DNA of 64,000 nucleotides. Origin: a bacterium (GTDB lineage: Bacteria; Hinthialibacterota; Hinthialibacteria; Hinthialibacterales; Hinthialibacteraceae). Made by a program: the position numbers and the translations under genes. A model generated the notes under the pieces. That model saw only the letters and a program-made list of their open reading frames with translations. It made no database searches and was not told the DNA's origin. Below are positions 52,544-61,745 of this stretch, piece after piece (the stretch's first letter is position 1; every line of letters begins with the position of its first letter). Location of the stretch: positions 64,001 through 128,000 of the forward strand of contig CAXXSM010000076.1 in NCBI GenBank assembly GCA_963663405.2, in the 5' to 3' direction.

Positions 52544-53221
52544 TCACCCCATCTCCCCAACCGGCCGTATAACCTGTTCGTGAGAGATCTCCTTAATTCG
52601 CCCCTCATCAAAGAGAAATATCTGATTGGCGAGACGAACCGCCTCTTCCCGGTTATGCGTGATATGCAGAGTCGTGACACCTGTATTTTTCGTGATGGAT
52701 TGTAAGAGACGGCACATCTCCGCGCGTGTGTCGTCATCTAACGCGCTCAGCGGTTCATCCAAACATAAGATCGGAGGTTCAAACGATAACGCGCGAGCCA
52801 GCGCGACACGTTGGCGCTCCCCCCCACTCAGACCCTCCGGTTTTCGATCGAGCAGATGGGTAATGCCGATCGACTCCGCGAGAAAGCCAATCCGTTCTTG
52901 GATTGCCTTTTTCGGCCAGCGGCGTATGGACAAGGCGAATCCAATATTACGGCGCACGGACATAGTCGTAAACAACGCTCCTTCCTGCGGGACAAAACCA
53001 ACGCGCCGTTCCGCCGGTTTTAGTTTTGTCACATCCCGGCCGGCGAGATGAATTTGTCCGCTTTTGATGGAACGCAATCCGCAGATCGCTTCCAACACCG
53101 TTGTCTTGCCACAGCCGGTTTTGCCCATTAGAACGCCATAGTTACCCGCCGCGACGGTCAGATTGATATCCCGCAGCGAAAACGTCCCTAAATCGATGGA
53201 TAGATTCTGAATCGTGATCAT
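52544..53221 (-). CDS. Molybdate/tungstate-type ABC ATP-binding protein
   Basis: GKTGCGKT, LSGGERQRVALARAL, LDEP; overlaps the permease stop. Confidence 0.85.
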   Translation of the reverse strand: MITIQNLSIDLGTFSLRDINLTVAAGNYGVLMGKTGCGKTTVLEAICGLRSIKSGQIHLAGRDVTKLKPAERRVGFVPQEGALFTTMSVRRNIGFALSIRRWPKKAIQERIGFLAESIGITHLLDRKPEGLSGGERQRVALARALSFEPPILCLDEPLSALDDDTRAEMCRLLQSITKNTGVTTLHITHNREEAVRLANQIFLFDEGRIKEISHEQVIRPVGEMG

Positions 53222-54114
53222 GGCGCCCTGCGGTAGTTTTCAAACGTTTTCCCACCGAGAAAACGCACCAACACTAATACAACGATCGCCGCCGCCACCA
53301 TAATCAACGAAATAGCCAGCGCCCCTTTGACGTTCCCGATCCCCAGTTCCAAAAAAACGGATACCGGCAGGACTTCGGTCCGCATACGAACCGATCCCGC
53401 GAAGACCAATATCGGCCCGAACTCGCCCAGCGCCCGCGCCCAGGCCAACGTTCCCGCCGTTAGAATCCCCCGGAACGATTGGGGCAGAACCACCCGCCAA
53501 AACGCCTGGCTGTGATTGCAGCCCAGGGTAAGCGCCACATCTTCCTGCCGGGGTGAAATCTGATCAAACGTAGCCCGCATTGTCCGTACGGCGAACGCGC
53601 ACGCCACCATGAATTGCGCGAGAACCACAGCGGGGATCTGAAACACAATCCCCGCGTCCCGGCCGAAGAGTTTTTTCGATACGATCCGGAAAAGATCATC
53701 CACTGTAAAAGGGTCGCTGTCGGTTCCCGCCACCGTCAATCCAAACAAAATCAACAGACTCAATCCGATGACTAATGGCGGCAGCACAATCGGAATATCC
53801 AAGATCGAGTCAATCAGAATCTTTCCCGGAACCTTGAACCGTGACAAGAGATACCCAATCGGCAGCGAGACGATCACCGACAACACGGCGGTGATCGTAC
53901 ACGTGATCATACTCAGGCGGATGGAATATTGTATATTCGGATTGCGCAGCGCGATGGAAAAATCGTTCCACTCGACTTTGAGCAATCCCGCCACAATAAT
54001 CATCAAAATAAAGAGGATATAAAAGGAACTTAACGAAGCGAACAGCGTAAAGAATGGAATATCCGTTTTAACGCGGTATTCATGGTTTGGAGTGGATAAC
54101 TGCGTAGATTTCAC
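53218..54114 (-). CDS. Molybdate/tungstate-type ABC permease (ModB/WtpB-like)
   Basis: DIPIVLPPLVIG, A.TLG, WARALGEFG. Confidence 0.85.
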   Translation of the reverse strand: MKSTQLSTPNHEYRVKTDIPFFTLFASLSSFYILFILMIIVAGLLKVEWNDFSIALRNPNIQYSIRLSMITCTITAVLSVIVSLPIGYLLSRFKVPGKILIDSILDIPIVLPPLVIGLSLLILFGLTVAGTDSDPFTVDDLFRIVSKKLFGRDAGIVFQIPAVVLAQFMVACAFAVRTMRATFDQISPRQEDVALTLGCNHSQAFWRVVLPQSFRGILTAGTLAWARALGEFGPILVFAGSVRMRTEVLPVSVFLELGIGNVKGALAISLIMVAAAIVVLVLVRFLGGKTFENYRRAP

Positions 54115-54137
54115 GAATCGTTTTATATTGATGGGAA

Positions 54138-55058
54138 TCAGGCTTTTGCGAGAGCCTTTTGGAGTTTTTCGATATAACGGGGAACCGCTTCCATTGGTTC
54201 TTCATTCGATTCGTATTCGAGAGCGACATAGCCCCGGTAACCAGCCTCCCCGATGATATCGACGATCCGGTCGAAATCGGCTTCGTATTTTTGATTGGAA
54301 TCGGACCACATTTCGACTTTTATCTGTACGTTGACAGCATAAGGAGCCGCTTTTTCGATCTCTTTGTAGGGATCGCTGGTGTGGAAATTGCCTGTGTCGA
54401 GATTGACGCCGAACCATTCGGAATCGACTTCATCGACGATCGCGAGCAGACCTTCGGCGTCCGATACGATCCCACCGTGGTTTTCAAGCGCGAGGATAAT
54501 CCCTTTCGTTCCGGCGTATTCACAGGCTTCTTGGATGGTGTCGATGGAATATTGCCGGGCCTGCCGTTCATTGGCGCCGTCACGCACTCTTCCCGCGAAA
54601 ATCCGGATGCAGGGGGCGCCGAAAATGGCCGCGTAATCGACCCACTCGCGGCAGTATTCAAGTTGCTTATCCCGCTGCGGACCGGGAGGGTAGGTGAATT
54701 CATTGCCGATCGCAGTGGCGGAAATATCCAGACCGAGCATGAACGCTCTCCGTTTGTACCGGATGAAGTACTCTTCCAAAGGATATTTGGGGAAGTAATA
54801 CGATGTCGGTTCCGCCGCATCCAATCCCATTTGGGCGCATTCATATAGAAATCCATCCATATTCATGGTGTAGGGATCGGGATCGTTGAGGTACTTGCGG
54901 AAGGAATATGCGGAGAGACTCGCTTTCATTTTGGGATCGACTCCACGGATGATGGGAGGGATCGCCTGCGTAACCGTTGGGTGAGCCGCTAAGGCCGCCA
55001 CACCGGAGAGCGCGAGTAAGCTTTGTTTAATAAATTGCCGCCGGTTTGGATCTATCAT
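54138..55058 (-). CDS. Tat-exported sugar phosphate isomerase/epimerase (xylose isomerase-like TIM barrel)
   Basis: NRRQFI leader; YSFR, ALENHGG, NLDTGNF, LEYE. Confidence 0.88.
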   Translation of the reverse strand: MIDPNRRQFIKQSLLALSGVAALAAHPTVTQAIPPIIRGVDPKMKASLSAYSFRKYLNDPDPYTMNMDGFLYECAQMGLDAAEPTSYYFPKYPLEEYFIRYKRRAFMLGLDISATAIGNEFTYPPGPQRDKQLEYCREWVDYAAIFGAPCIRIFAGRVRDGANERQARQYSIDTIQEACEYAGTKGIILALENHGGIVSDAEGLLAIVDEVDSEWFGVNLDTGNFHTSDPYKEIEKAAPYAVNVQIKVEMWSDSNQKYEADFDRIVDIIGEAGYRGYVALEYESNEEPMEAVPRYIEKLQKALAKA

Positions 55059-55551
55059 CGTTTTTTTCCTTTCCTGCTTAAATTCAACGCTCCAAAATTA
55101 TAATGAATAAATGAATCCGTTGAAGATGGTTTGTTCCACCATATGTCATTCCAACCAAGAAGTCACCCGGTAAGATTCAGAAATAGTCTTGTTTTTCCGA
55201 ATTTGTTCCACTCAAGAAAATACCATAGAATCCTTGCGATATCCAAGCCCAAATAGCAAAAAAGGATGGGAAAAATAAAACACCGTTTCATTTCGGTTGA
55301 TGGCTGCTATGAACAGATATATCTTGTGAATTATAGATACGATACGGAGACAAAAAGGCCCTGCAAAGCGTGACTTAAGCATAACTCATCTATGGAAAGT
55401 ACGTCATCATCTATCTCAATGAGTTTCTATCTAAAATTTTAACTTTTTGCCGTTTCTTAATAGAACAATAAATCCTTTTCGTTTATTGACGATAATAATA
55501 CGATAGGCCTCGTTCTATCTATGAACGATCGATTTCGAATGAGAACCAATT

Positions 55552-56838
55552 ATGCCACAGTCCGAACATTTAGAACGCTTAAAAAGAGATATCGACTCCT
55601 GGAATCAATGGAGAGAGGAGAACCTGGGTGTTCTCCCCGATCTCAGTTGGGCGGATCTGAGTAAGATGGACTTGAGTGAAGCGAACTTGATTGTGGCGGA
55701 CCTGAGTCATGCGGATTTACGGGAAGTGAATCTGAGTCATGGAGATCTCCGGCAGGCGAATTTAACGGGAACGGACCTGAGCGGGGCGGATCTCTTCCGG
55801 GCGAACATCAGCGATACGGAAATGATTGAAGCGGACCTGAGCCGGGCGGACCTGCGGGAGGCCAATTTGAGCGGGGCGGATCTGCGTTGGGCCAATCTGC
55901 GGGGAGCGGAGCTGAGCGGCGCCAATTTTGATCGTGTGAAATTCCGAAAAGTCGATCTGAGTGGAGCGTATCTTTTTCAGGCGAATTTTGTCGGCGCCGA
56001 TCTCCGGGACGCGGATCTGAATGACGTTAATTTATTGAAGGCGAATCTTAGCGGGGCGGATCTAAGTGGCGCGAACCTGTGCGGGGCGAATCTGAGTGAG
56101 GCGAATCTGAGCGGCGCGCAGCTGGATGGGGCGGATCTGATGTTTACCAATTTTACGAGAACGACGCTGACAAAGGCGAATTTTAAGCGGGCGAAATTGT
56201 TCCGTACCATTTTCGCCGACGTGAATCTCAGCGAAGCCATTCACCTGGAAAGCGTCGAACATTGTTTTCCTTCCACCGTCGGTGTCGATACATTTTTCCA
56301 GTCTAAGGGGAAAATCCCTGACGCGTTTCTCCGGGGAGCGGGTGTGCCGGAAAATCTGATTGTTTATAAAAACCCATTAACTCATGACGCGAATCATTAT
56401 TATTCCTGTTATATCAGCCATAGTGATAAGGATAAGGATTTCAGCGAAATGCTGTTACTGGCGCTGCGGAAAGAAGGGATTCGCGCCTGGCGGTTCCCGG
56501 AAGAGATCAAGATGACGGAATCGATCCGGTGCGAAATCGGCCGCAGCATCGACCGCCGGGATATTTTGCTTTTTATTTGTTCCGAAGAATCTCTAACAAG
56601 CGCCTGGGCGATGGAAGAAATCGAACACGCGTTGATGAGAGAAGAGACGGAAAACATACAAATCCTCTTCCCGGTCACTATCGATCCATTTCTCGAATAT
56701 TGGCAAGCGCCTTTACAGAAAGACCTTCTTAACCGAATCATCGTAAATTTCAGTGGTTGGTCTCAAAACTCACAGATTTTATATCAGCGGATTCCTCGAT
56801 TGATCTCTGCATTGAAAAAGAAGAAGAATTCTTTCTAA
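55552..56838 (+). CDS. Pentapeptide-repeat protein with C-terminal TIR domain
   Basis: WNQWR cap, A[DN]LSG repeats, then YISHSDKD...S.ESLTSAWAMEEI...LFPV.ID. Confidence 0.88.
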   Translation: MPQSEHLERLKRDIDSWNQWREENLGVLPDLSWADLSKMDLSEANLIVADLSHADLREVNLSHGDLRQANLTGTDLSGADLFRANISDTEMIEADLSRADLREANLSGADLRWANLRGAELSGANFDRVKFRKVDLSGAYLFQANFVGADLRDADLNDVNLLKANLSGADLSGANLCGANLSEANLSGAQLDGADLMFTNFTRTTLTKANFKRAKLFRTIFADVNLSEAIHLESVEHCFPSTVGVDTFFQSKGKIPDAFLRGAGVPENLIVYKNPLTHDANHYYSCYISHSDKDKDFSEMLLLALRKEGIRAWRFPEEIKMTESIRCEIGRSIDRRDILLFICSEESLTSAWAMEEIEHALMREETENIQILFPVTIDPFLEYWQAPLQKDLLNRIIVNFSGWSQNSQILYQRIPRLISALKKKKNSF

Positions 56839-56871
56839 AAGAGTGGAGAGGATTTCAAGCCCGTGATTGCT

Positions 56872-58752
56872 CTACTTCACTCGTGGAGCGAAGATCTCAG
56901 CGAAACGATCCGGTTTGTCTTCATTGCGGACGATATCCACGTATCGCGGTCCTCCATCGTATTGGATGGTAACAGTTTCGAACACTTCATCTTTTAAAAG
57001 GAGCAGTTCAACCGATCGTGTTGTTGGGCTGTCCGCGATCGCGTCTTTCAGGCGGTTTTCGCTGAATTTTTTTCCATTTACACCGATGATTTTGACGCTG
57101 TCGTAAAGTCCCGCTTGATCCGCTGGGCCGCCTGGGCTGATTTCCGTGATCTCACCAGTAGTTGAGACGCGCATACCTAATGATGTGAGAGAATGATCTT
57201 TATCATAATCTGTTGGTTTAGGTGAATATTCAATCCGGTAGCCTAGACGATCGAGAACAGTCAGGGGGAGTTCATCATGCCATCCGCGCACGCGGTCTTC
57301 GATCAGCGCTTCCCAATCGTATGGAAGCAGCTCATTTAGTATTTCAACGATGTCTTTTTCTTCATAACCCATGAGCATTTGGTTTTTATCGTACCGGCCA
57401 AGAAACCGCTGGATAAAATCGTCCAGGCAGAGTTTCGAATCGCTTTCTTCCTGGAGAATGGTGTCGATTTCATACCAGAGGAGCGCGCCTTCAAAATAGT
57501 AGTCTTGTGGCCGGTATAATCTCCGCCAATGCTCACTTCCCCGGCGGCGCAGATAGGAAGATGACGCGGTGTCTTCTAGATTGATGGAACGGCGGCCTTT
57601 CTGCAGCATCAAAGAGACAATAGTCTTGCCCACGCCTACCCATTCATCCCGCAGGCCGCCTTCGAAGGATGTTCGATCCTTGGTTTCAAACAGGCCGGAG
57701 CGGGTGGTTAGAACAACGCCGATGTATTGATCCAATCCTTCATATACCCATAGCAATCGAAGGTCTTTCGGTACTTGATAATCAGGAGTGGCCATCCCTT
57801 GGGGACGGTGGTATTTACCGCACCAGCGATGCCCGTATTCGTGCGTAATGAGGTGGCCGGTGACGCGCAGCTGGTCTTCTTCCAGGCCGTTGGCGCCAAC
57901 AACGTTCAGACTTGATCGCATATGCTCTAATCCGATAAACGGCAGGTTGTCACTTAACATCAGCAGGAAATGGTAGTCATAATCGTGTCGCTTACCGAAC
58001 ATCACCATCGCTTCCGCAACCATCTTGCGGATTTTATCCAACGTTTTTTCATCGGGGTGAAGCCTTGGTTTCGATTCCGCTAAGAGATGGAGAAAGTGGG
58101 GCGTTCCACCGTCTGGCGTTACATCGATAAAGCGATACCACTTACCGCAGACCAACGGGCTGTCGACGAGTTCACGGATAGACACTGGATTAAACTGAAT
58201 GGTACCTTCGTCCTCTTTTTGAGCGGTTAATGAGGAGCCCCATTTCCATTCTTTGGGTAATTGAAGAGTGAGATTGACATTGATATCGCTGATATCGTAT
58301 CCCTTTGGATAGAGGAGGCAGGTGTTCCATGCGATGATTCCAAGCTGGGATGTGCCATGCGTGTCGACACCCAGCGAATATGCTGGCGCCGCTTGGTTGC
58401 AGATGTAGGTTGTATCGGCCTGAATCCGGATTACGCCGTTTGGAATATCGATCAGGAAATGAAATACGTCATGGGGATCGCGGGTCCAGGATAGGCGTTT
58501 TCCATCTTCTGTGGAGAAGAAAATTTCGGCCAGATTTTGAATCGGGCTTTTGGGACCGTGCACACCTTCAACCCATTTGGGGTAATAGAGATCGAAGACA
58601 GGGCCGCTGACATGATAGGTGGAAGACGCTTTGAGCAAACCACGGGGTAGATCCCTCGCGTCCACATCCAGCGTCATTGTCGCCGCCGCGCTGGAGGAGA
58701 CGGCCGCTGTGATTAGAAAGATGGCTAATAAGAGACATTTCTGATTCCGCAT
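56872..58752 (-). CDS. M61 family glycyl aminopeptidase with PDZ domain
   Basis: GLEH, HEYGHRW, LWVYEG, YY.G, C-terminal GPA..AGL PDZ; signal peptide from MRNQK (RBS GGAAAGGA). Confidence 0.9.
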   Translation of the reverse strand: MRNQKCLLLAIFLITAAVSSSAAATMTLDVDARDLPRGLLKASSTYHVSGPVFDLYYPKWVEGVHGPKSPIQNLAEIFFSTEDGKRLSWTRDPHDVFHFLIDIPNGVIRIQADTTYICNQAAPAYSLGVDTHGTSQLGIIAWNTCLLYPKGYDISDINVNLTLQLPKEWKWGSSLTAQKEDEGTIQFNPVSIRELVDSPLVCGKWYRFIDVTPDGGTPHFLHLLAESKPRLHPDEKTLDKIRKMVAEAMVMFGKRHDYDYHFLLMLSDNLPFIGLEHMRSSLNVVGANGLEEDQLRVTGHLITHEYGHRWCGKYHRPQGMATPDYQVPKDLRLLWVYEGLDQYIGVVLTTRSGLFETKDRTSFEGGLRDEWVGVGKTIVSLMLQKGRRSINLEDTASSSYLRRRGSEHWRRLYRPQDYYFEGALLWYEIDTILQEESDSKLCLDDFIQRFLGRYDKNQMLMGYEEKDIVEILNELLPYDWEALIEDRVRGWHDELPLTVLDRLGYRIEYSPKPTDYDKDHSLTSLGMRVSTTGEITEISPGGPADQAGLYDSVKIIGVNGKKFSENRLKDAIADSPTTRSVELLLLKDEVFETVTIQYDGGPRYVDIVRNEDKPDRFAEIFAPRVK

Positions 58753-58790
58753 TGTGTAGATCCTTTCCATGACAGAATTGTAAATGGATT

Positions 58791-59543
58791 CTAATGGATT
58801 GGCCACGAATTACCATACCATTGGCGCACGATGGCTTCGCTGGTGTCAAATAGCTGACAGATTAAAGTGGGATTGAGAACGTCCTGTGGATTGCCCTGCG
58901 CGAGGATACGGCCTTGATAAAGGGCGGCCACCTGTGTGGCGATGCGCCGCGCGGAATGGAGATCGTGGGAGACGTATAGTATGAGTTTTCCGGTTTTGTA
59001 TAACTTGACAAGGATGTCTTCGAAAATGATCTGATGCTTCAGATCGAGGAAAACTGTTGGTTCGTCCAGGAATATTACGGGGGTGTTCTGGACAATGACT
59101 TGCGCCAAATAGACCCGCTGCCGTTCGCCTCCGCTCAAAGTTGAGAGTTTCCGGTTTCTAAATTCCTCTATATGACATAATTCAAGCGCGTACTCAAGGC
59201 GCTGTTTTGAAGTTTGCGGTGACTCGATGTGGTTCCAGGGATGGGTCGCGAGTGAGACGAATTCAGCCACGCGGTATCCTTGGACAGAAGGCATGGATTG
59301 GGGTAAATAGGCGATGATCCGGGCGCGTTCCATGCGGGGGAGACTTAATAAATCATACTCCTTGTGATAAAGCCGATCCGCATGGGTGGGGATTAATCCA
59401 GCGGCGGCGCGGAGGAACGTGCTTTTTCCCGCGCCGTTGGGTCCAACGATCGCGAAGACACCGGCGTCCGGGATGTCGAGAGAGACAGAATCGAGGATCG
59501 TTTTGTTGGCGATGGAAACGGAAAGGTTTTGGATCGATAGCAT
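58791..59543 (-). CDS. Iron-chelate/cobalamin-type ABC ATP-binding protein
   Basis: GPNGAGKST, AYLPQ, LSGGERQRV, LDEPT.FLD..HQ, SHDL. Confidence 0.88.
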   Translation of the reverse strand: MLSIQNLSVSIANKTILDSVSLDIPDAGVFAIVGPNGAGKSTFLRAAAGLIPTHADRLYHKEYDLLSLPRMERARIIAYLPQSMPSVQGYRVAEFVSLATHPWNHIESPQTSKQRLEYALELCHIEEFRNRKLSTLSGGERQRVYLAQVIVQNTPVIFLDEPTVFLDLKHQIIFEDILVKLYKTGKLILYVSHDLHSARRIATQVAALYQGRILAQGNPQDVLNPTLICQLFDTSEAIVRQWYGNSWPIH

Positions 59544-59835
59544 TCAATATATCCTTTTTTGAACGGGGGCGCGCCGTATGAATAACAAGCAATAAGAGAA
59601 CAATCACATAAGAGATTGCGTCAATGGGTGACACGCAGAATTTCCCATTGACTGAAATTATAATTTAAGAGGACTGAATTCCAAAAGACTCACAATGAAT
59701 GAAGGATGGGGAATCGATTGATTTCATGTTGTGAGTGAAATGTGGTTTTTCATTGGTTCCATGCAGTGTGATCCATGATACAATGTTCTGTGGAATAATC
59801 GATTTAATTTGTTTGTGCAAGGGAGATGTGAAATA

Positions 59836-60486
59836 ATGAATATGCGAGTTAGGAATCACTGGTTGGGTTTTACGTTGATTGAATTGCTGATTGTTGTCGC
59901 GATTATCGGGATTTTGGCGGCGATCGCCGTACCCAATTTTCTCAATGCGCAGATCCGCGCGAAGATTTCCCGTACGAAAAGCGATGTGCGGATGTTGGAT
60001 GACCAAGCCGTTATCCGAAATATGGATTGTGGATTATGGTTGATTGATGGCAACGATACTGGACAAGCTGATCATTGCGAGTTTGAAGCCGGTTATAATT
60101 TCTGGGGCAAGACACCGGCGGAAGCGCAGGTCGATACCCAAGGGGCGCTTGGGGATAATTTCTTTAACGGACAGATTTACCAACAATTAACAACCCCCGT
60201 CAATTACATCAATTCGATCCCGGTGGATGTGTTCACCAAGGGATTGTTTTACGGTTATGAGGATCGCGGGTGTTCTAATGCGCCCATTGGCACGCATTAT
60301 CTCTTCTTTGCCTGCGGGCCGGATGGGGATACATTTGATTGGTACATTGGCCGTCATGCGACTCCATACGTTTCATCGAACGGGCTGACGTCCAATGGAG
60401 ATGTCTGGCGGTCCCGTAAACTGCGTATCCGGCCGGACGAAGGCGACCTGTATCAACAAGAGATATTCCAAGATTACTGGGAGTGA
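59836..60486 (+). CDS. Prepilin-type N-methylation protein 4
   Basis: LG|FTLIELL; LTTPVNY; ACGPDG; YVSSNGLTSNGD; GGGAG RBS before 59836. Confidence 0.92.
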   Translation: MNMRVRNHWLGFTLIELLIVVAIIGILAAIAVPNFLNAQIRAKISRTKSDVRMLDDQAVIRNMDCGLWLIDGNDTGQADHCEFEAGYNFWGKTPAEAQVDTQGALGDNFFNGQIYQQLTTPVNYINSIPVDVFTKGLFYGYEDRGCSNAPIGTHYLFFACGPDGDTFDWYIGRHATPYVSSNGLTSNGDVWRSRKLRIRPDEGDLYQQEIFQDYWE

Positions 60487-60646
60487 TTTTCTTAAACGGG
60501 CAATTATTTATGCGTATTCATTCCGTTTTATGTAACGGATTCTTTTCCCGCGTTATATTTCACGGCTGACAAAGATTTCATACGTCGAGAAGGCGCGTTA
60601 CTCTATTCCTCTGGATAGATATCTTGCTGACGCAGGAGACTGATGA

Positions 60647-60852
60647 ATGAGAAATTGCGTGATACTGAATCCTGCGCGTATTCTTCTGTTCTAAAACCTA
60701 CACGTATTCTTCAAGGTTTTTTCTTCTACTTATTGTTATATCTCACTACGTGGACGCCTTTTGCGCCGAATACCCAGTGAAACAAGATGGAACGGGTGAT
60801 TTCACAACGGTTCAAGCCGCGCTGGACGCTGTGTTATCTAACGACATTGTGT
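60647..60852 (+). pseudogene. Decayed 5' fragment of the 61746-63215 gene
   Basis: MRNCVILNP..stop, small internal duplication, frameshifted EYPVKQDGTGDFTTVQAALDA. Confidence 0.85.
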
Positions 60853-60931
60853 TCATGCGGCACAAATCACGATACTATATTTGTTATAGCAAAATCGATT
60901 TGATTTGTCGGCGTTAGGGAGAGATGGAATC

Positions 60932-61585
60932 GTGAATCAGCGTTTTCGGTATTACCGATGCGGTTTTACGTTGATTGAATTGCTGATCGTTGTAGCGATT
61001 ATTGGGATTCTGGCGGGGATCGCCGTGCCCAATTTTCTCAATGCGCAAATCCGCGCGAAAGTGACTCGTACGAAATGCGATATGCGCATGTTGGACGATC
61101 AAGCCGTTATCCGCCATATAGATACCGGCTTATGGTTGATTGATGGGAATGACGCAGGACAAGCCGAACATTGCGAGTTTGAAGAGGGATTTCATGACTG
61201 GGGCTTGGTACCCGATGAATTATATATTGATACACAGGGGGCGGCGCTCGGGAATGAATTCTTCAATGGGCAGATTTATCAGCGATTAACTACCCCCGTC
61301 AACTACATTAATTCAATCCCGGCGGATGTGTTCACCAGGGGAATGTTTTATGGGTATTTTGACCATGGGTGTTCGAATGCGCCTAAAGGCGCGTATTATC
61401 TTTTCTTCGCTTGTGGGCCGGATGGGGATCTATTTGATTGGTTCATTAACCGTCCTGCGATTCCGTATGTTTCCTCGAATGGGCTGACGTCCAATGGAGA
61501 TGTCTGGCGGTCCCGTAAACTGCGTATTTATTCAGACGAAGGCGCCTTGCACAACGAAGCGCTATTCCAGGATTACTGGGAGTGA
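60932..61585 (+). CDS. Prepilin-type N-methylation protein 5 (tandem paralog of protein 4)
   Basis: GTG start with GGGAGAG RBS; CG|FTLIELL; colinear with 59836-60486, both ending FQDYWE. Confidence 0.92.
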   Translation: MNQRFRYYRCGFTLIELLIVVAIIGILAGIAVPNFLNAQIRAKVTRTKCDMRMLDDQAVIRHIDTGLWLIDGNDAGQAEHCEFEEGFHDWGLVPDELYIDTQGAALGNEFFNGQIYQRLTTPVNYINSIPADVFTRGMFYGYFDHGCSNAPKGAYYLFFACGPDGDLFDWFINRPAIPYVSSNGLTSNGDVWRSRKLRIYSDEGALHNEALFQDYWE

Positions 61586-61745
61586 TTTTCTTAAACGGGC
61601 AATTGTTTATACGCATTCATTCCATTTCCTGCATCAGATTCTTTTACCGCTATATATCTCATGGTTTAAGAAGGTTTCATTCTTTGAGAAGGCGTATTAC
61701 TCTATTTCTCTGGATTGATATCTTACTGACGCAGGAGATTGATGA

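Noticed and set aside
59544-59835. Cobalamin riboswitch upstream of the ABC ATPase
   Set aside because: No recognisable B12-box or conserved core by eye.
59836-61585. Pilin pair as DGR template/variable repeats
   Set aside because: Differences involve all four bases and an indel, and extend through intergenic DNA; this is plain tandem duplication.
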